Positions 1-12,519 of a stretch of DNA of 64,000 nucleotides are shown here, in pieces; within the stretch, counting starts at the first letter, position 1, and each line of letters opens with the position of its first letter. Made by a program: the position numbers and the translations under genes. The notes below the pieces were generated by a model, which was not told where the DNA came from, did not search any database, and worked only from the letters and a program-made list of their open reading frames with translations. Source of the DNA: Saprolegnia diclina VS20 (Eukaryota); the NCBI RefSeq assembly GCF_000281045.1, contig NW_008246072.1, positions 699,232 to 763,231 on the forward strand, given 5' to 3'.

Positions 1-372
1 ACGGACGCTTCCGACAAGAGCGCCATCGAGGCCGGACGCAGCGCCGTCACTGGGCAGAATGCCAGCCTTGGGCCTGTTAAAGCGCACGGCGTACGTCGGC
101 AGCTCATCGGCTCGCATCGCTCGCTGCTCGTTGTCAAGTAGCCTTGAGATTGCCCTTTTCACAACCGACCGGCACAGCTGCCACGTTATCCGGATCACCG
201 GATACGACGGTGACCTTGCTGGAGCTGCCATGTACCGGTATGGACAATTGCCCGACGAAGATCAAGACGCCTTGCCACTGCAATCACTGCTGCAGAAAAG
301 GAATCGGCGTACAAAACGTGCCATATAAATAGTACAGTCTGCAGCCAACTCGCGCGTCGATCGCGCCTCTGA

Positions 373-764
373 GGGCATCTCCAGCGGTTAGGTTTATGTT
401 ATGCTATATTTGTCCGTTTATGTTCGGATCCGGACTTTGGGACCACTTAAAACATAACATGGAACTGGATCCTGCCAGCGGTCAGGGCTATTTTTAAGCG
501 TCGCAGACTTATGACACAAACATCTCATACAATGTTCGGCAATGTTCGGCACTCATATTTTTGGCCAATCATAGACGATGCGTTCAGATAAAAACAGCCA
601 ATCAGCGAAAAGAACCGCCCATAAAACTACACCAAATCCGAGGGTTTATGATTATAGCATAAACCCAACCGTTGGAGACGCAAAGTTTTATGGTGGATCT
701 ATTTTATTCGGTATCCGGACACATCCGTAATAACATAACATAAACCCAACCGCTGGAGATGCCC
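373..764. mobile_element. Non-autonomous PIF/Harbinger (Tourist-like) MITE, 392 bp
   Basis: Left end GGGCATCTCCAGCGGTTAGGTTTATGTTATG (from 373) is the near-perfect reverse complement of right end CATAACATAAACCCAACCGCTGGAGATGCCC (to 764). Flanked by a 3-bp direct repeat TGA (370-372, 765-767). AT-rich interior with no ORF. Confidence 0.9.
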
Positions 765-1532
765 TGACGACACCCCAACATACGCGAAGCACCTTCCCAG
801 CTCCAGGTAGACGACCGCCGACACGTGACGCGCTGCAGTCCAAGGTGCTCATCGTGCTACAGTGCACGCCATCTGTAGCCTACCAAATCGCCTTTTTGTA
901 ACAATTTCGGCTTGGGCCTTATCCGGATTCGTCACATACTAAAACTAGCATAAGCCGGATAGTAATTTTAATAAAATAGATAAAATGGTGTAATAAAATA
1001 AATAAAATAGTAAAAGTGATGAAAAACAATGGAGCGATGGTCCTGTTTCGTAGCAATTTGGCTCCCGCACCATACCTCGTAGTGTTGTAGAGCCCCAACT
1101 TTGAACGCCGATAACTTGCTCAGTTTTTCGATTTATTGCAATCCGATCTTATACATCGCTTCCCCTTGGACTGAACAGTCGATCTATAACGTCCTTTTCC
1201 TAGAAAATTATGTTTTCACAGCTGGGATACAAAAGTTTTGGACCCCATTTAGCTGGTAGGGTACAGGTGGCGTGCACTGTAAGCGATCGTGCCAGGCGCA
1301 CTGCAATCGCGACAGTGACGAACGCTCACTTGATACCTTGATACTCTTGGCAGAAATTACGTTGTGGACGCCATTGGACCACGGCGTATGGCCAATCTGC
1401 ACTGCAAGATCTCGGGCGAATGACTTTCGGATACACCGAGTCGCTCGATCTTCTTCACTGCGTCCAACGAGGCCGCCATGCGTGAACGTGTCTACTACAT
1501 TCTACTAGTAGGTAATAGTACGGTGTCACAAC

Positions 1533-1643
1533 TGACTCATTCTTGTTCCGAATCGCAATCGCCGCCATCAGTAAATTGGCGGGCCGCGCTGGTGGCGCGT
1601 CGTCGTCATCACGCCCAAAATTTCCTCGCGCTGCGATCGCCGC
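1533..1643 (-). pseudogene. Diverged duplicate of the last ~37 codons of the PDZ-PH-C2 gene A
   Basis: Reads AAIAARGNFGRDDDDAPPARPANLLMAAIAIRNKNE versus AAIAARGKVGGDDDDAPPARPANPLMAAIAARKKIE* at 1780-1890; collinear with no indels. Confidence 0.75.
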
Positions 1644-1779
1644 AAGCGCAGAAGCTGTCCTATCCGATCAAAAAACCGAATTGATAAGTTGATACTTTCC
1701 GTTGTTCCGCCAGCAACTGCACCTGGATGTTAACACGTTGCCTGATGCCAACGAGTAGCTAATATTACGGCGGCACAAA

Positions 1780-4700
1780 TTACTCAATCTTCTTTCGAGC
1801 TGCAATCGCCGCCATGAGCGGGTTGGCAGGCCGCGCCGGCGGCGCGTCGTCGTCGTCACCACCCACCTTTCCTCGCGCCGCGATCGCCGCCATCAACGGA
1901 TTCGCCGGTCGAGCGGGCGGCGCGTCATCATCGCCCTTCTTGCCACGGGCCTGAATCGCCGCCATGAGCGGGTTGGCTGGTCGAGCGGGCGGCGCGTCAT
2001 CATCGCCCTTCTTACCACGGGCCGCAATGGCCGCCATGAGCGGGTTGGCCGGCCGTGCCGGCGGTGCGTCATCGTCGTCGCCGCCCTTCTTGCCTCGGTT
2101 CTGGATCGCGGCAAGCAGCGGGTTGCCGCCGCCGCGACCACCACCAAACGGGTTGGGGCGTGCGGGCGGCGCGTCACCGTCGTCGTCATCGCCCTTCTTG
2201 CCTCTATTGGCGATCGCCGCCATGAGCGGGTTGCCACGGCCACCACCACCACCAAACGGGTTGGGCGGACGCACTGGCGCTTCTTCGTCCGCAGGCGGTG
2301 GCGGCGCCGCCTTCTCCGCTTCCTTTCGCATCTCGTCCTTGACTTCGGCAAGTAGCTCAGCGCGGCCCTTCACCTTGCGCGCAATCACCGCCTTGTCGCT
2401 CAGTGCCCCCAAGGTCGTGCTGCAGCGGTCGCGCAGTTCCTTGAGGAGATCCGTGACGGCCTTCATCGCACCAACGAGTCGCTTCTCTTCGTCAAACTTG
2501 TTCTTGGCCATGCGGTCTTCGATCCCGCTGAAGAGGTCGAGGACAGCGTCAATGAGCAAAATGCAGTACTGGATCTCGAGGCCAGACCGCGTGTCGGGCG
2601 TGTCCTTCTCCGGGTTGCGCCGGCCCGCGAGGTTCATGCCCGACCGCTCGGCCATCGGGTTGGTCGTCAGCCGGATCTCGTTGATGAGCTCGTCAAAGTC
2701 GGCGACTTCGATCTTGTTGGTCGCCTTCTTCTCGAGAATTCGCTTGAACCACTCGCTCTGGCGCGCCTCGATCTTGTCGACCAGCTCCTCCATCTTTTCA
2801 ATCGCGCCGTTGGCCGCCTTCACAAGCACGAGCGAGCCTTTGAAGCTCGAGTAGTGGGCCTTGAGGCCCTCCGAGCGCTGCTGCGCGCGGGCGTCGGCGG
2901 CCTTGGCCTTGAGGAGCGCCGCGGCTTCGGCCATGGCCTGCGCACCTGCATCATCCGCCGCACTCTTGAGCACCTTGGTCTTGACAAACTCGGGACCGTC
3001 CGGGTAGCCCCAGTCTTGGTTGTACGCGGGGGCCGCGTCGGCTTTGAGCGGGCACTGCTTCCCGAGCATTGGGCAGCCGACACCAGGCTCGTCACGCGTC
3101 GCGTACGGGTGGTTGCCAGGCGGACCGTACTGCGCAACGTGGCGGTTGTACGCATTCGCAGCCGTCTTGAACGTGTCCTTGAGACTCTTGAAGAACGCAA
3201 ACTTGCGCCCGGCCATCTCTTCCTTCTGCTGCGACCTCCAGCCCTCGGCAATGTCGCGCAAATGCATGTGCAGCGCCCGGCGCTCGGTGACCGTGAGCCC
3301 CGTGACGCGGAGACAGTCGAGCGTACTCGGGTGCGCTTTCGCCAAATCCAACGGGTCTGTCCGGAGCACTTGGAGCACGTCCGTGCGCTTGTACTTGAGC
3401 GCGACTTCGCGCGTAAACTTCTTGCCGTTGGGCGTGAGTTCGTTCTGGAGCTGCGCTTCCGAGAGCGACTTGATGTTGACCGGCATCATGCGGCGGATCG
3501 CTTTGACTGCGAGCGCGTTTGCCTCGGCATTCTCGTCCTCCCACTCGCGCTCCTTCCGCGCTTGCTCGGCCGCATACTCGTCCGTGAGCATGAGCGCGCC
3601 GTTGTACTTCTCCATGTCTTGCTCGAGCTTGAAGTATTCTTCACGAAGGTCCTTCTGGACTTTGGGATCGGGATGCGTCACGTCGGCCGACCCGATCTCG
3701 CCCATGCGGCGCGAGATTTCCTCGACCTTCTTCTTGGCTTCTTCATACGGAATGTCGTCGGCGACCGCGATACCGGCCTGCTGCAGCTGCTTCTCGAGCT
3801 TGAGGAGACGCCGAAGCAACGCCTCTTGGTCGCTCGACATCTCGCCCTTGTTCTTGAGCATGTCGGCGGCACTCTCGCGGGGCGCGGGCGGCGGCGCGGC
3901 CACTTGGATCTGCTTGCGCTTGATGCTGTTGTCGCGCTTGAGCTGCTCAACCTCGCGCTCGAGCTCGGCCATGCGCTCGTGGTTGCTGCGCATCGACTCG
4001 AGAAACTGGTTGGCCGCCTCCTCGTCAATGCCGTCCTTGAGCATACTCTCTTTGACGTCGGCTTCCGGCGCCTTCTCGTACAGCATTGCACGGTAGCGCA
4101 AAAAGTTGGTGAAAAGGTGGGTACCTACACCATCTCAAGATCTGCATATTGCATCGAGGTGTACCGCCCGCAAACGACTTTTGCTTGATGAGCTTGCTCC
4201 GTTGAATGAGCTTTTGCGCCTCCTCTTGGGCCTTCTTCGCTTCGGCCATCTGCGTATCCGCGCGCTCCTGCGCATGCCGGGCTTCGGCGATCGCAGCCTC
4301 GGCCGCCGCGCGCTCGCCCATCGCATCCCTCTTGGCGGCGGCGATCGCAGCCTCGGCCTTCTTCCGCGCTTCCTCCACCAGCGCGTTGGCGGCTTCTTGC
4401 GCTTGCTTGGCGACGCGGTCGGCCACCGCCGCCTCTTGGTCGGCTTGGTTGGTCAGCGCATCAAACTGCGCTTGCTCCAAGTCCATCTGGTTCTTTGCAC
4501 GCATAAGCGACGAGTCCCGCATGCCGTACGTGGCCGGCGTCGTCGTCTCTTCTTGCTCGAACTCGTCGTTGTTGTAGCGGAGGCTGATCGTGATGGACGC
4601 GTGCGCACTGCGGTCGGCCAGGATGAGCGAGTACGTCTGCTCCATCTTGGTCTTGTTGGGCAGCGACGCGATCGGGATCGTAAACGTCGAGAGGAGCTCG

Positions 4701-6281
4701 GCCGCGCGGATCATGCGCTCGTCAAACACGCGAATCTCGATGAGCGCGTCGTCGCCGGGGACGCCAAATGTCACCTTGTTGTCCTGGGCCCAGCGCGGGT
4801 TGAGCGAGTCCTTGACGACCGGCGTCTTGAACGTCTCGGAGCCGAGCGTCACTTCGCAGTACGGGTTCATCTAGAGATAGAGAGCGAGACGATGAACTAC
4901 TGCTGCACGATATGCGAGAAGTCGCTACCACGTGAAAGAAGGCTTTCGTGAGGTTCTGGATCGAGATGACTTCAATGTCGACGGTCGGGCCGCCGGCAAC
5001 GAGGCTTGAGATGCGCATGGACGGATCTTTGGGGATGCGGATCGACGGCGCACTCGGGAGCTCGGGGATCGCCTGCATGCTCAGGTTGAGCCCTTGCACC
5101 GACAGCCGGCGGTTCGTGCGCGAGAGCAGCGACATGCTGCTGTCTTCGCTGATCGATGGCATGCGGCGCGTGCTACTGCGCCCGAGCTGCGTCGACCGAA
5201 GCGCGTCGACCTCGGATGACGTTCGACACAGTGCTTTCGACGCATCGATCGCGACCTTGAGCGCTTCGAGCCACTCCATCTTTTCGTCTTCGGACGTGCA
5301 CGACATGATGAACTCGCGGTCGCCGGCCTTGAGCTCGAGGAGGTAGTCGCCCGGCGCGCCCGTGAGCTTGGCCGACGTCGACGGCAGCGACCGCACGGTG
5401 CAGCGGCAGTTTTCAAAGTTGACGACGCCCTGCGACGTCTTGTCCTTGGCGTCCTTGAAGTACTCGAGCTTCGTGACAGCGAGCACGACGTGGCGCTTCT
5501 TCCAGTTCTTGACCATGCGGCCTTGCTTGTACATCGGACCTTCCTTGATGACGGTCGATCGGTTCTCTTGGATGATCTCGGTGATCGACTTTTCCGGCGC
5601 CGGCGCCGCCTTCTCAGTCGGAGCGGCCGTCGGCTTGGCGCGCGCGACGCGCACGTTCTTCTCGACGACCGACATGTTGAGGTTCATGCGCTGGACCTCC
5701 TCGAGGTTTGTCTTTGGGATAAAGTCGAGCGACCGCGGTGGCAATGTGGCCTTGATGAGGTTCTGGACCTGCTTGAGCGACATGAAGAGCACTTCGGTGC
5801 CATTGACCTTGTAGAGGATGTCGCCGGGCGAGATACCCGACTCTTCGGCATAGTCGCGGACGCCCTTGACGATCGCGCCGTCAATGCCAAAGCGCGCGCC
5901 GTCGTCGAGGTTGAGGCCCATCTTGGCGTCGTCAAACACGACGTTGTAGGACGTGACGTTGACGTCGAGGCTGTCGACCTCGGCCGACGTGGCCATCTTC
6001 TTGAGCGACATGGGCACGATCTCGAACGTGAGCGCAAGTGGGCGTGGCATCGTCTTGATGAGGTTGACGGCGTCGGCAAACTTCATGCCATCGAGGGGCG
6101 TGCCACCAATCTCGATGAGGAGGTCGCCGTGCGAGATCTGCCCGATAAAGAGCTCGTTCTGGACCTTGTCGATCTTGAGGCCGCGGATCGTAACGCCATG
6201 CTTGGGCGGCGTGATGGCGACGCCCAGCTTGGAGCCTGTCGGCAGGTCGAGCTGGATCAGACGCGGAGGAGCTTCAGCCAT
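1780..6281 (-). CDS. PDZ-PDZ-PH-C2-coiled-coil protein with C-terminal WH2-like repeats (paralog A), 3 exons
   Basis: Exons about 6281-4929, 4870-4165, 4124-1780; GT-AG introns 4928-4871 and 4164-4125 restore the frame. PDZ (KLGVAI...GDLLIEIGG; KMGLNL...GDILYKVNG), PH (KEGPMYKQGRMVKNWKKRH...EWLEAL), C2 (NPYCEVTLG...NPRW...IEIRVFD), repeated PPARPANPLMAAIxARGKK. Confidence 0.9.
1783..2265 (-). repeat. Coding tandem repeat, about 63-66 nt unit (DDDAPPARPANPLMAAIxARGKKG), 6 LxAAI copies
   Basis: Directly visible in DNA and in the translation of ORF 1780..4101. Confidence 0.85.
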
Positions 6282-7668
6282 CTCGTCGTCGCTTTCTACT
6301 TGTTGGCAATCACCCACAGGAAGACCAATTTAATGCTTGCCACCGAGACGTTTTTTTATATTTCACACCCATACACTTGCTATGTGTATGCAACTTTAAA
6401 CATATTTAAAAAAAAGACAGTGGCCACGTCGTTTCGCCATAGAAAAGAAATTCGACGGGACAGTGCACCCGCGGCTGTCGGCGCGACGCCAAGCAGCGAC
6501 TGCGAGCCTGAGACCTTGGCGGCTGTGCGTCCACTGCCCATGTCCAGCGGCCATGGAGGACCTGCAGAGAAAAAGAGCAAGTCGGAATCTTGTCCCAAAT
6601 CTTCTTCTTCCCGCGGTATCCACGGGCGCTGGCCTCAACGAAGCTGCACGACGCTCCTTCTCGCTGCGAATGACGGCGTCTGTACCATCGCATCCGAGGG
6701 TCATGTATGCAAGCGAAGATGTGCACCATGGTACCGGCTGCTCGGCGCCCACGTGGCCGGCGAGGGCCTGGCAGCGCGATGCCTCAGGATGAGGACTGGT
6801 GTCGCGAGTAGCCTTGGGCGATTGCCGATCAGGTCACAGGCGAAAAGACATATATTTGCCGTCTATTTGCTATGTAAAATGTATCTTCTTGACGTAGGTA
6901 TGTACAAGTATGCTGTTTCAACACGAAGCTCGACCTGCGACCGATCTCGTGTCAGAGAGCAAGACCGGTCACAAGGCGGGTTGCTGTGGGGTTGAATCGC
7001 ACGTTGCTTGTCGCGGCATCAAACGACTTGTCTTGCGCGCAGTAACGCGGGTCGTCGAGTCAGCTCGGTGCGTGGTAACGCGCGTTGCACGCCTCGTCGC
7101 TGCTCCGGGGGCGACGCCACGCATCCATCAGCATCCTATCTCGCATCCGCTATCTCGCCTCATTGGCCTCGCTGCTTGCGCCGCCTCGAGCATCGGCCCC
7201 CTACCTGCCGCATCGGCATCGATCCTAGTTCAAATGGTCGCTCGACAGGCCACGAAGTAGCCATCGCGCAGAGTTGCCACTGGCGCCCGCGACAGGCCAT
7301 CTGTGATTGGCGCGCGGACAACCGCAGTAACCAATGGCTGCGCACCAAAGATATGGTCCTCGTGGCCCGCGTGGCGGCAGCGACTTGCGCGACCGAGCGC
7401 GACGCCAAAGCGCAAGCGCTCCAGCGGAAGGTCCCACGTAGCAGCCGGCGCCGACAGACTGCAGCGGGCGCGACGCCCTCTAGCAATGTGTCACGCCTTG
7501 GCAGCGCGACCAACGCTGCCCCGCCTCTTTTTGGGGTATCCGGACGGCGTATCCGGACACGTCGCCTTTAGAAACGCAGCGTGGGGAATTTTGGCTTTGG
7601 GTCGTTTTGTGGCGTTGACCGGTCCGCCCGCTTCCGCCCGCTGCGAGTGAACGAGTAGGAGCAGCAGC

Positions 7669-10600
7669 ATGACGTGGCCCTGCAGCAAGTGCGACTACAC
7701 CTCCAACGAAGACGGCGCCGACACGTGCGTCGCCTGCGGGACGCTGCACACCAACACATCCTCGATGCGGACGCTCTCGTCAGTCTCGACGTCGGCGTCG
7801 CACGCCGAGAGCGACGCAGCGACGACAATCATCATTGAGCTGCCGGCCAAGCAGAAGCTCGGCGTGAAGCTCATGCCGCCCAAGACCGGCGTCATCGAGC
7901 ACGGCCTGAGCATCGACAACATTGACAACCCGCTGCTCGACGCCAAGGTCGCGCCCGGCGACCTCATTGTCGCGATCGGTGGCACCGACGTCGACGGCCT
8001 CGGCTTCTCGGAAGCCATCGAGCTCATCCGCAAGATGCCACGGCCGCTCGCGATCACGTTTGAAATCGTGCTCTCGCGCCGCGAGAACGCGCACAAGAAG
8101 AAGCAGCGCGACGAACTCGACTCGACGCTCGGCGAGACCGAGCTCCCGACGTACGCAGTCGTGTTTGAAGAAGGCCCGATGGGCCTCAACCTCGAAGAAG
8201 CCACGCGGTACGGCATTGACGGCGCGGTCGTCAAGGCCGTCAAGGGCCAAGCCAAGTCGAACGGTCTCATCTCGATCGGCGACATTGTGTGCAAGGTCAA
8301 CGAGACCGACGTGCTCTGCATGCACTACAACGAAGTCATGAACGTCATCCGCAAGACGCCGCCGCCCCGGACGCTGCAATTTGTCCCCAAGGACAAGCTC
8401 CCGGACGTCCAGCGCGTCAACTCGCGCAACTCGGAGGCTGCGCTCAAGCCGCGGCCGTCGGAAATGCCCATGTCCAAGTTTGCACAGAGCTCGCGCATCG
8501 TCAAGGCCGAAGACGACGAGAACAAGTCGATCCAAGAACTCATTCGCGAAAACAAGACGGCGACGATCAAGAAGGGCCGCATGTACAAGCAGTCGCGCGT
8601 CCTCAAGCAGTGGAAGGCCCGGTATTTCGTGCTCAGCGTCTCGAAGCTCGAGTACTTCAAGAGCCCGTCCTCGACGTCGTCGCGCGGCGAGCTCGAGTTT
8701 CTTCACCACCGCTGCACGGTGCGGAGTCTGCCATCGTCGAGCGACATGGTGTCCAAAGCACCGGCGATTCCGGCGTCGTTTCTGCTCGAAGTCCGCGCCG
8801 ACGAGAAGCGCCTCGTCATGGCGTGTGCGTCCGAGTCGGAGAAGAAGGCGTGGATGGACGCGCTCAAGCTCGCGATCGACGCGTCCCGCACCATCTTTGC
8901 GTCGCGCACGGCGTTTACGAGCGGCGATGGCACCGGCCGCCTCTCGCAGTTTGACTACGACTCGTTCCCGACGCCTGTTCTGCACGTCTCGGTCGTCTCG
9001 GCCACGAACCTCGCCAAGCCCGGCTCGACCGTACGCTAGAATGCTTTGGAGATGGCATCGTGACGCTTGATGTGTGGTTAGGTCAACGCCATGTGTGAGA
9101 TCACGCTCAACGCCGAGACGTTTACGACCATGGTTATCAAGGGCCAGCGGTCGCCCGAGTGGCGACAGGACAACACGGTCACCTTTGAAGCCACAAGCGA
9201 CGAGAGCGTGCTCGAGATCCGCGTGTACGACGAGCACGGCTTCTTCAAGTCGTCGGAGCTCCTCTCGACGCTGCAAGTGCCGCTCAAGACGCTGCCCAAC
9301 ATGGAGAAGACGTTCAAAGAGTACCCGCTCGTGCTTGGCAGCCGCACGTCCGGGGCGGTCCTCACGCTCGCGTTCGAGTACGTCAACAAGGCCAAGGAGT
9401 ACCAAGAGCGCGTCCGCGGCAGCCGTCGCAACACGCTTCTGAACGACCGCGAAGAGATGCTCAAGATCAAGTCGGACGCGCAGCACGCGGCCGACGAGGC
9501 CGAGAAGCGCGCGCGCCGCGCCGAGGAGGAAGCAAAGGCGTACCTCAACGAAGCGCAGCTCAAGGCCGAACGCGCGATGGAAGCGGCCCGCGCCGAGCGC
9601 GAAGAAGGCAAGGCTGCGGTCGAAGCCGCGATGGCCGAAGCCGAGATGGCCAAGCAGTTTGCAGAAAAGCAAGCGGCGGAAGCCAAGCGCGCGCAAGAGG
9701 AAGCGCAAGCGCTCATTGAAGCCAACCGACGCATCCAAGAGCAGTCGAACGACCTCCCGGGCATGCAGTACTCGGAGGCCTTTATGCAGTACCGCAAGAT
9801 GCTCCTCGATGGCAAGAAGGAGGAGGTTGTCCGTGACGTCATGAAGAAGGACGGCGTCGAAGACCGGTCGATCGACGCGTTCTTTTCGGAAATGAAGGCG
9901 CTCGACCTCAAGATCAAGGAGCTCCAAGCCGAGGTCGAGAAGCTCAAGAGCGGCCGCGGTGGCCCCGCAAAGGACGAACCCAAGTCGTTTGACATGAGCA
10001 ACATCTCGAGCGACCAAGCACTGCTCTTGCGCCGCCTTCTCAAGCTCGAGAAGCAGCTGCAGCAGGCCGGTATCGCGATCGCCGACGACATTCCGTACGA
10101 AGAAGCCAAGGTCAAGGTCGAGACCATCTCGCGCCGCATGGGCGAAATCGGGTCGGCCGACGTGACCCATCCCGACCCCAAAGTCCAAAAGCAACTCCGC
10201 GAAGAGTACTACAAGCTCGAGCAGGACATGGAGAAGTACAACACGGCGCTCATGCTCACGGACGAGTATGCGGCCGAGCAAGCGCGCAAGGAGCGCGAGT
10301 GGGAGGAAGAAAATGCCGAGGCGAACGCGCTCGCGGTCAAAGCGATCCGCCGCATGATGCCGGTCGATGTCGCATCGCGCTCGGAGGCGCAGCTCCAAGA
10401 GGAGCCGTCGCCCAACGGCAAGCGCCTCACGCGCGAAGTCGCGCTCAAGTTCAAACGCACGAACGTCCTCCAGATCCTGCGCACGAGCCCGCAAGACCTG
10501 GCGAAAGCGCACCCGAGTGTCCTCGAGAACCTCCGCGTGACGGGTCTCACGGTGACCGAGCGCCGCGCCGTGCACATGCATTTGCGGGACGTCGCCGCCG

Positions 10601-11946
10601 GCTGGGAAGGCCAGAAGGGCGAGGAGATGGCTGCGCGCCGGTATGCGTTCTTCAAGACGCTCAAAGAGACGTTCAAGACAGTTGTCAACTCGTACAACCG
10701 CCACGTCGCGCAGTACGGCCCGCCCGGCAACCACCCGTACGCGACCCGCGACAACCCGGACATTGGCTGCCCGCTCCTCGGGAAGCAGTGCCCGCTCAAG
10801 GCCGACGCGGCGCCCGCCTACATTCACGACCTTGGGTATCCGGTCGAAGACGTGTACATTGAGTCGACGGTGCAAAAGTCGAGTGCGGACGATGCCGGTG
10901 CGCAGGCGCTGGCCGAGGCGAAGCGCTTGGTGCAAGAGAAGACTGCGAACGCGCGCGCTGAGGGGCTCAAGCAGCACTACAAGAACAAGATCCGGCTTGT
11001 CGCTGATGCGAATGGCGCGTGCGAGAAGCTCGATGCGGAGATTGATCACATGGAGACGCAGCAAGCGCACTGGATCAAGACGCGGCTGTCGCATGACAAG
11101 AGCAACACGACGTCGCCTACCACGATCAAGGTCGAACTCGCCGACTTTATGACGCTCGTCAACCAAGTGCGCCTGTCGTCCGTCTACTTTGCCGAACGCT
11201 CGGGCATGAACCTCACGGGGAAGCGCGACCCGGCCAACGACACGGCCGATACGCGGTCTGCGATCGAGTGCGGCCTCGCCGTGGTGTTTTGCGACGCGGT
11301 CGTCGACTGCTTTGCCGGCATTGAGCACCGCTTGGAGAAGCTCAAGATCCAAGAAAAGCGCCTCCAGAGTACTGTGCCGGCGACGCGCGAGCTCGTGGCC
11401 GAGCTCAAGGAGCGCAGCACCACGGCGATGGCCAAGTTGCCGTCCATGAAGGTCGCCACGCGCCGCTTGAAGCCTCGCGCCGACATTGAAAAGGAGATCA
11501 AGGAACAATTGGCGTCCGAGGGTGGCGGGAGCACGGCGGCTGCACCCGCGGCCGAGCCCGAGCGGCCACCCAACCCGATGATGGCGGCGCTCTCTGGCGG
11601 TCGTGGCGGTGGCCGTGGTCGTGGCCGGGGCCGTGGCGGGAACCCTTTGATGGCGGCGATTGCTGGTCGCGGCAAGAAGGGCGATGACGACGACGACGCG
11701 CCTCCTGCACGGCCAAACCCGTTTGGCGGTGGTCGCGGCGGCGGCAACCCGTTGATGGCAGCGATTCAGGCGCGCGCCAAGAAGGGTGACGACGACGACG
11801 ATGCGCCGGCGGGCGGTGGCGGCCGCGGCGACTTTCTCTCAGCCATCCGAGGACGCGGCGGCGGTCGTGGTCGTGGCGGCATGCCGGGTCGCGGCGACTT
11901 TTTGTCTGCGATCAAGAACCGCAAGAACGACGAGGACGACGACTAG
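7669..11946 (+). CDS. RanBP2-type ZnF-PDZ-PDZ-PH-C2-coiled-coil protein with WH2-like/RGG tail (paralog B), 2 exons
   Basis: Exons 7669-9030 and 9082-11946; the intron GTACGC...GGTTAG sits at the position equivalent to intron 1 of paralog A. N-terminal WPCSKC...CVACG, two PDZ, PH (KKGRMYKQ...WKARYFVL), C2; tail NPLMAAI / RGDFLSAI. Confidence 0.92.
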
Positions 11947-12519
11947 CGTGTATGTAGGTAGTGGATTAACTAAACTAAATAGCACTTATACACCGTGCGC
12001 CAACTGTTGCACGAAAGCTCGCCGCTCGTTCGGCCACGTCATTGGTGTTGACGCAGGTCATTTTGGCGAGCCAATAAAAACCCAACGCAGCCGTTCGCAT
12101 GTCAAATGATGGAATCGGCTCAGCATTCAGCGTCAAGACCGCGACGTAGAAGGCCATGCAGCAACACGCTGCGACTGTAGCTGCTGTGCATGTCGTTGCT
12201 GAAGGCGGTGATCAGCAGCATCGTCGTACGGCCAAGCCGGGATTGCACGCTCTCTCTTCACGAGCATACCGTTAGTACAATCAATTATGTCTCTTGTGGT
12301 ATGGGGCACGACACAATGGGAGATGCGTCGACCGGAGCTCCCACCGACTGAAACTGGCGGAGCACCAGTGCACTTCAAATGTAGGGCATTTGTCCGAAAT
12401 ACAGCCTAATTAGGTAAAAATAGGGTGGAAGTCCTCGTTTTGGCATTCCCAATTGGCGAAAAGTCGCCACAAATTGTGGTGCCGACCAGTAGGTGGGCAG
12501 AGGACAAGGCTGCTGTCGT

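Noticed and set aside
960..1030. TAAAA-rich tract with a small TATCCGG...CCGGATA inverted repeat at 920-961
   Set aside because: Low complexity; no element boundaries or target duplication definable.
1783..2265. Repeat-spacer pattern suggestive of CRISPR
   Set aside because: In-frame coding repeats in a eukaryotic gene; no unique spacers or cas genes.
7780..11508. 1242-aa antisense ORF over paralog B
   Set aside because: Shadow of strong GC3 codon bias; runs codon-aligned with the real gene and has no domain.
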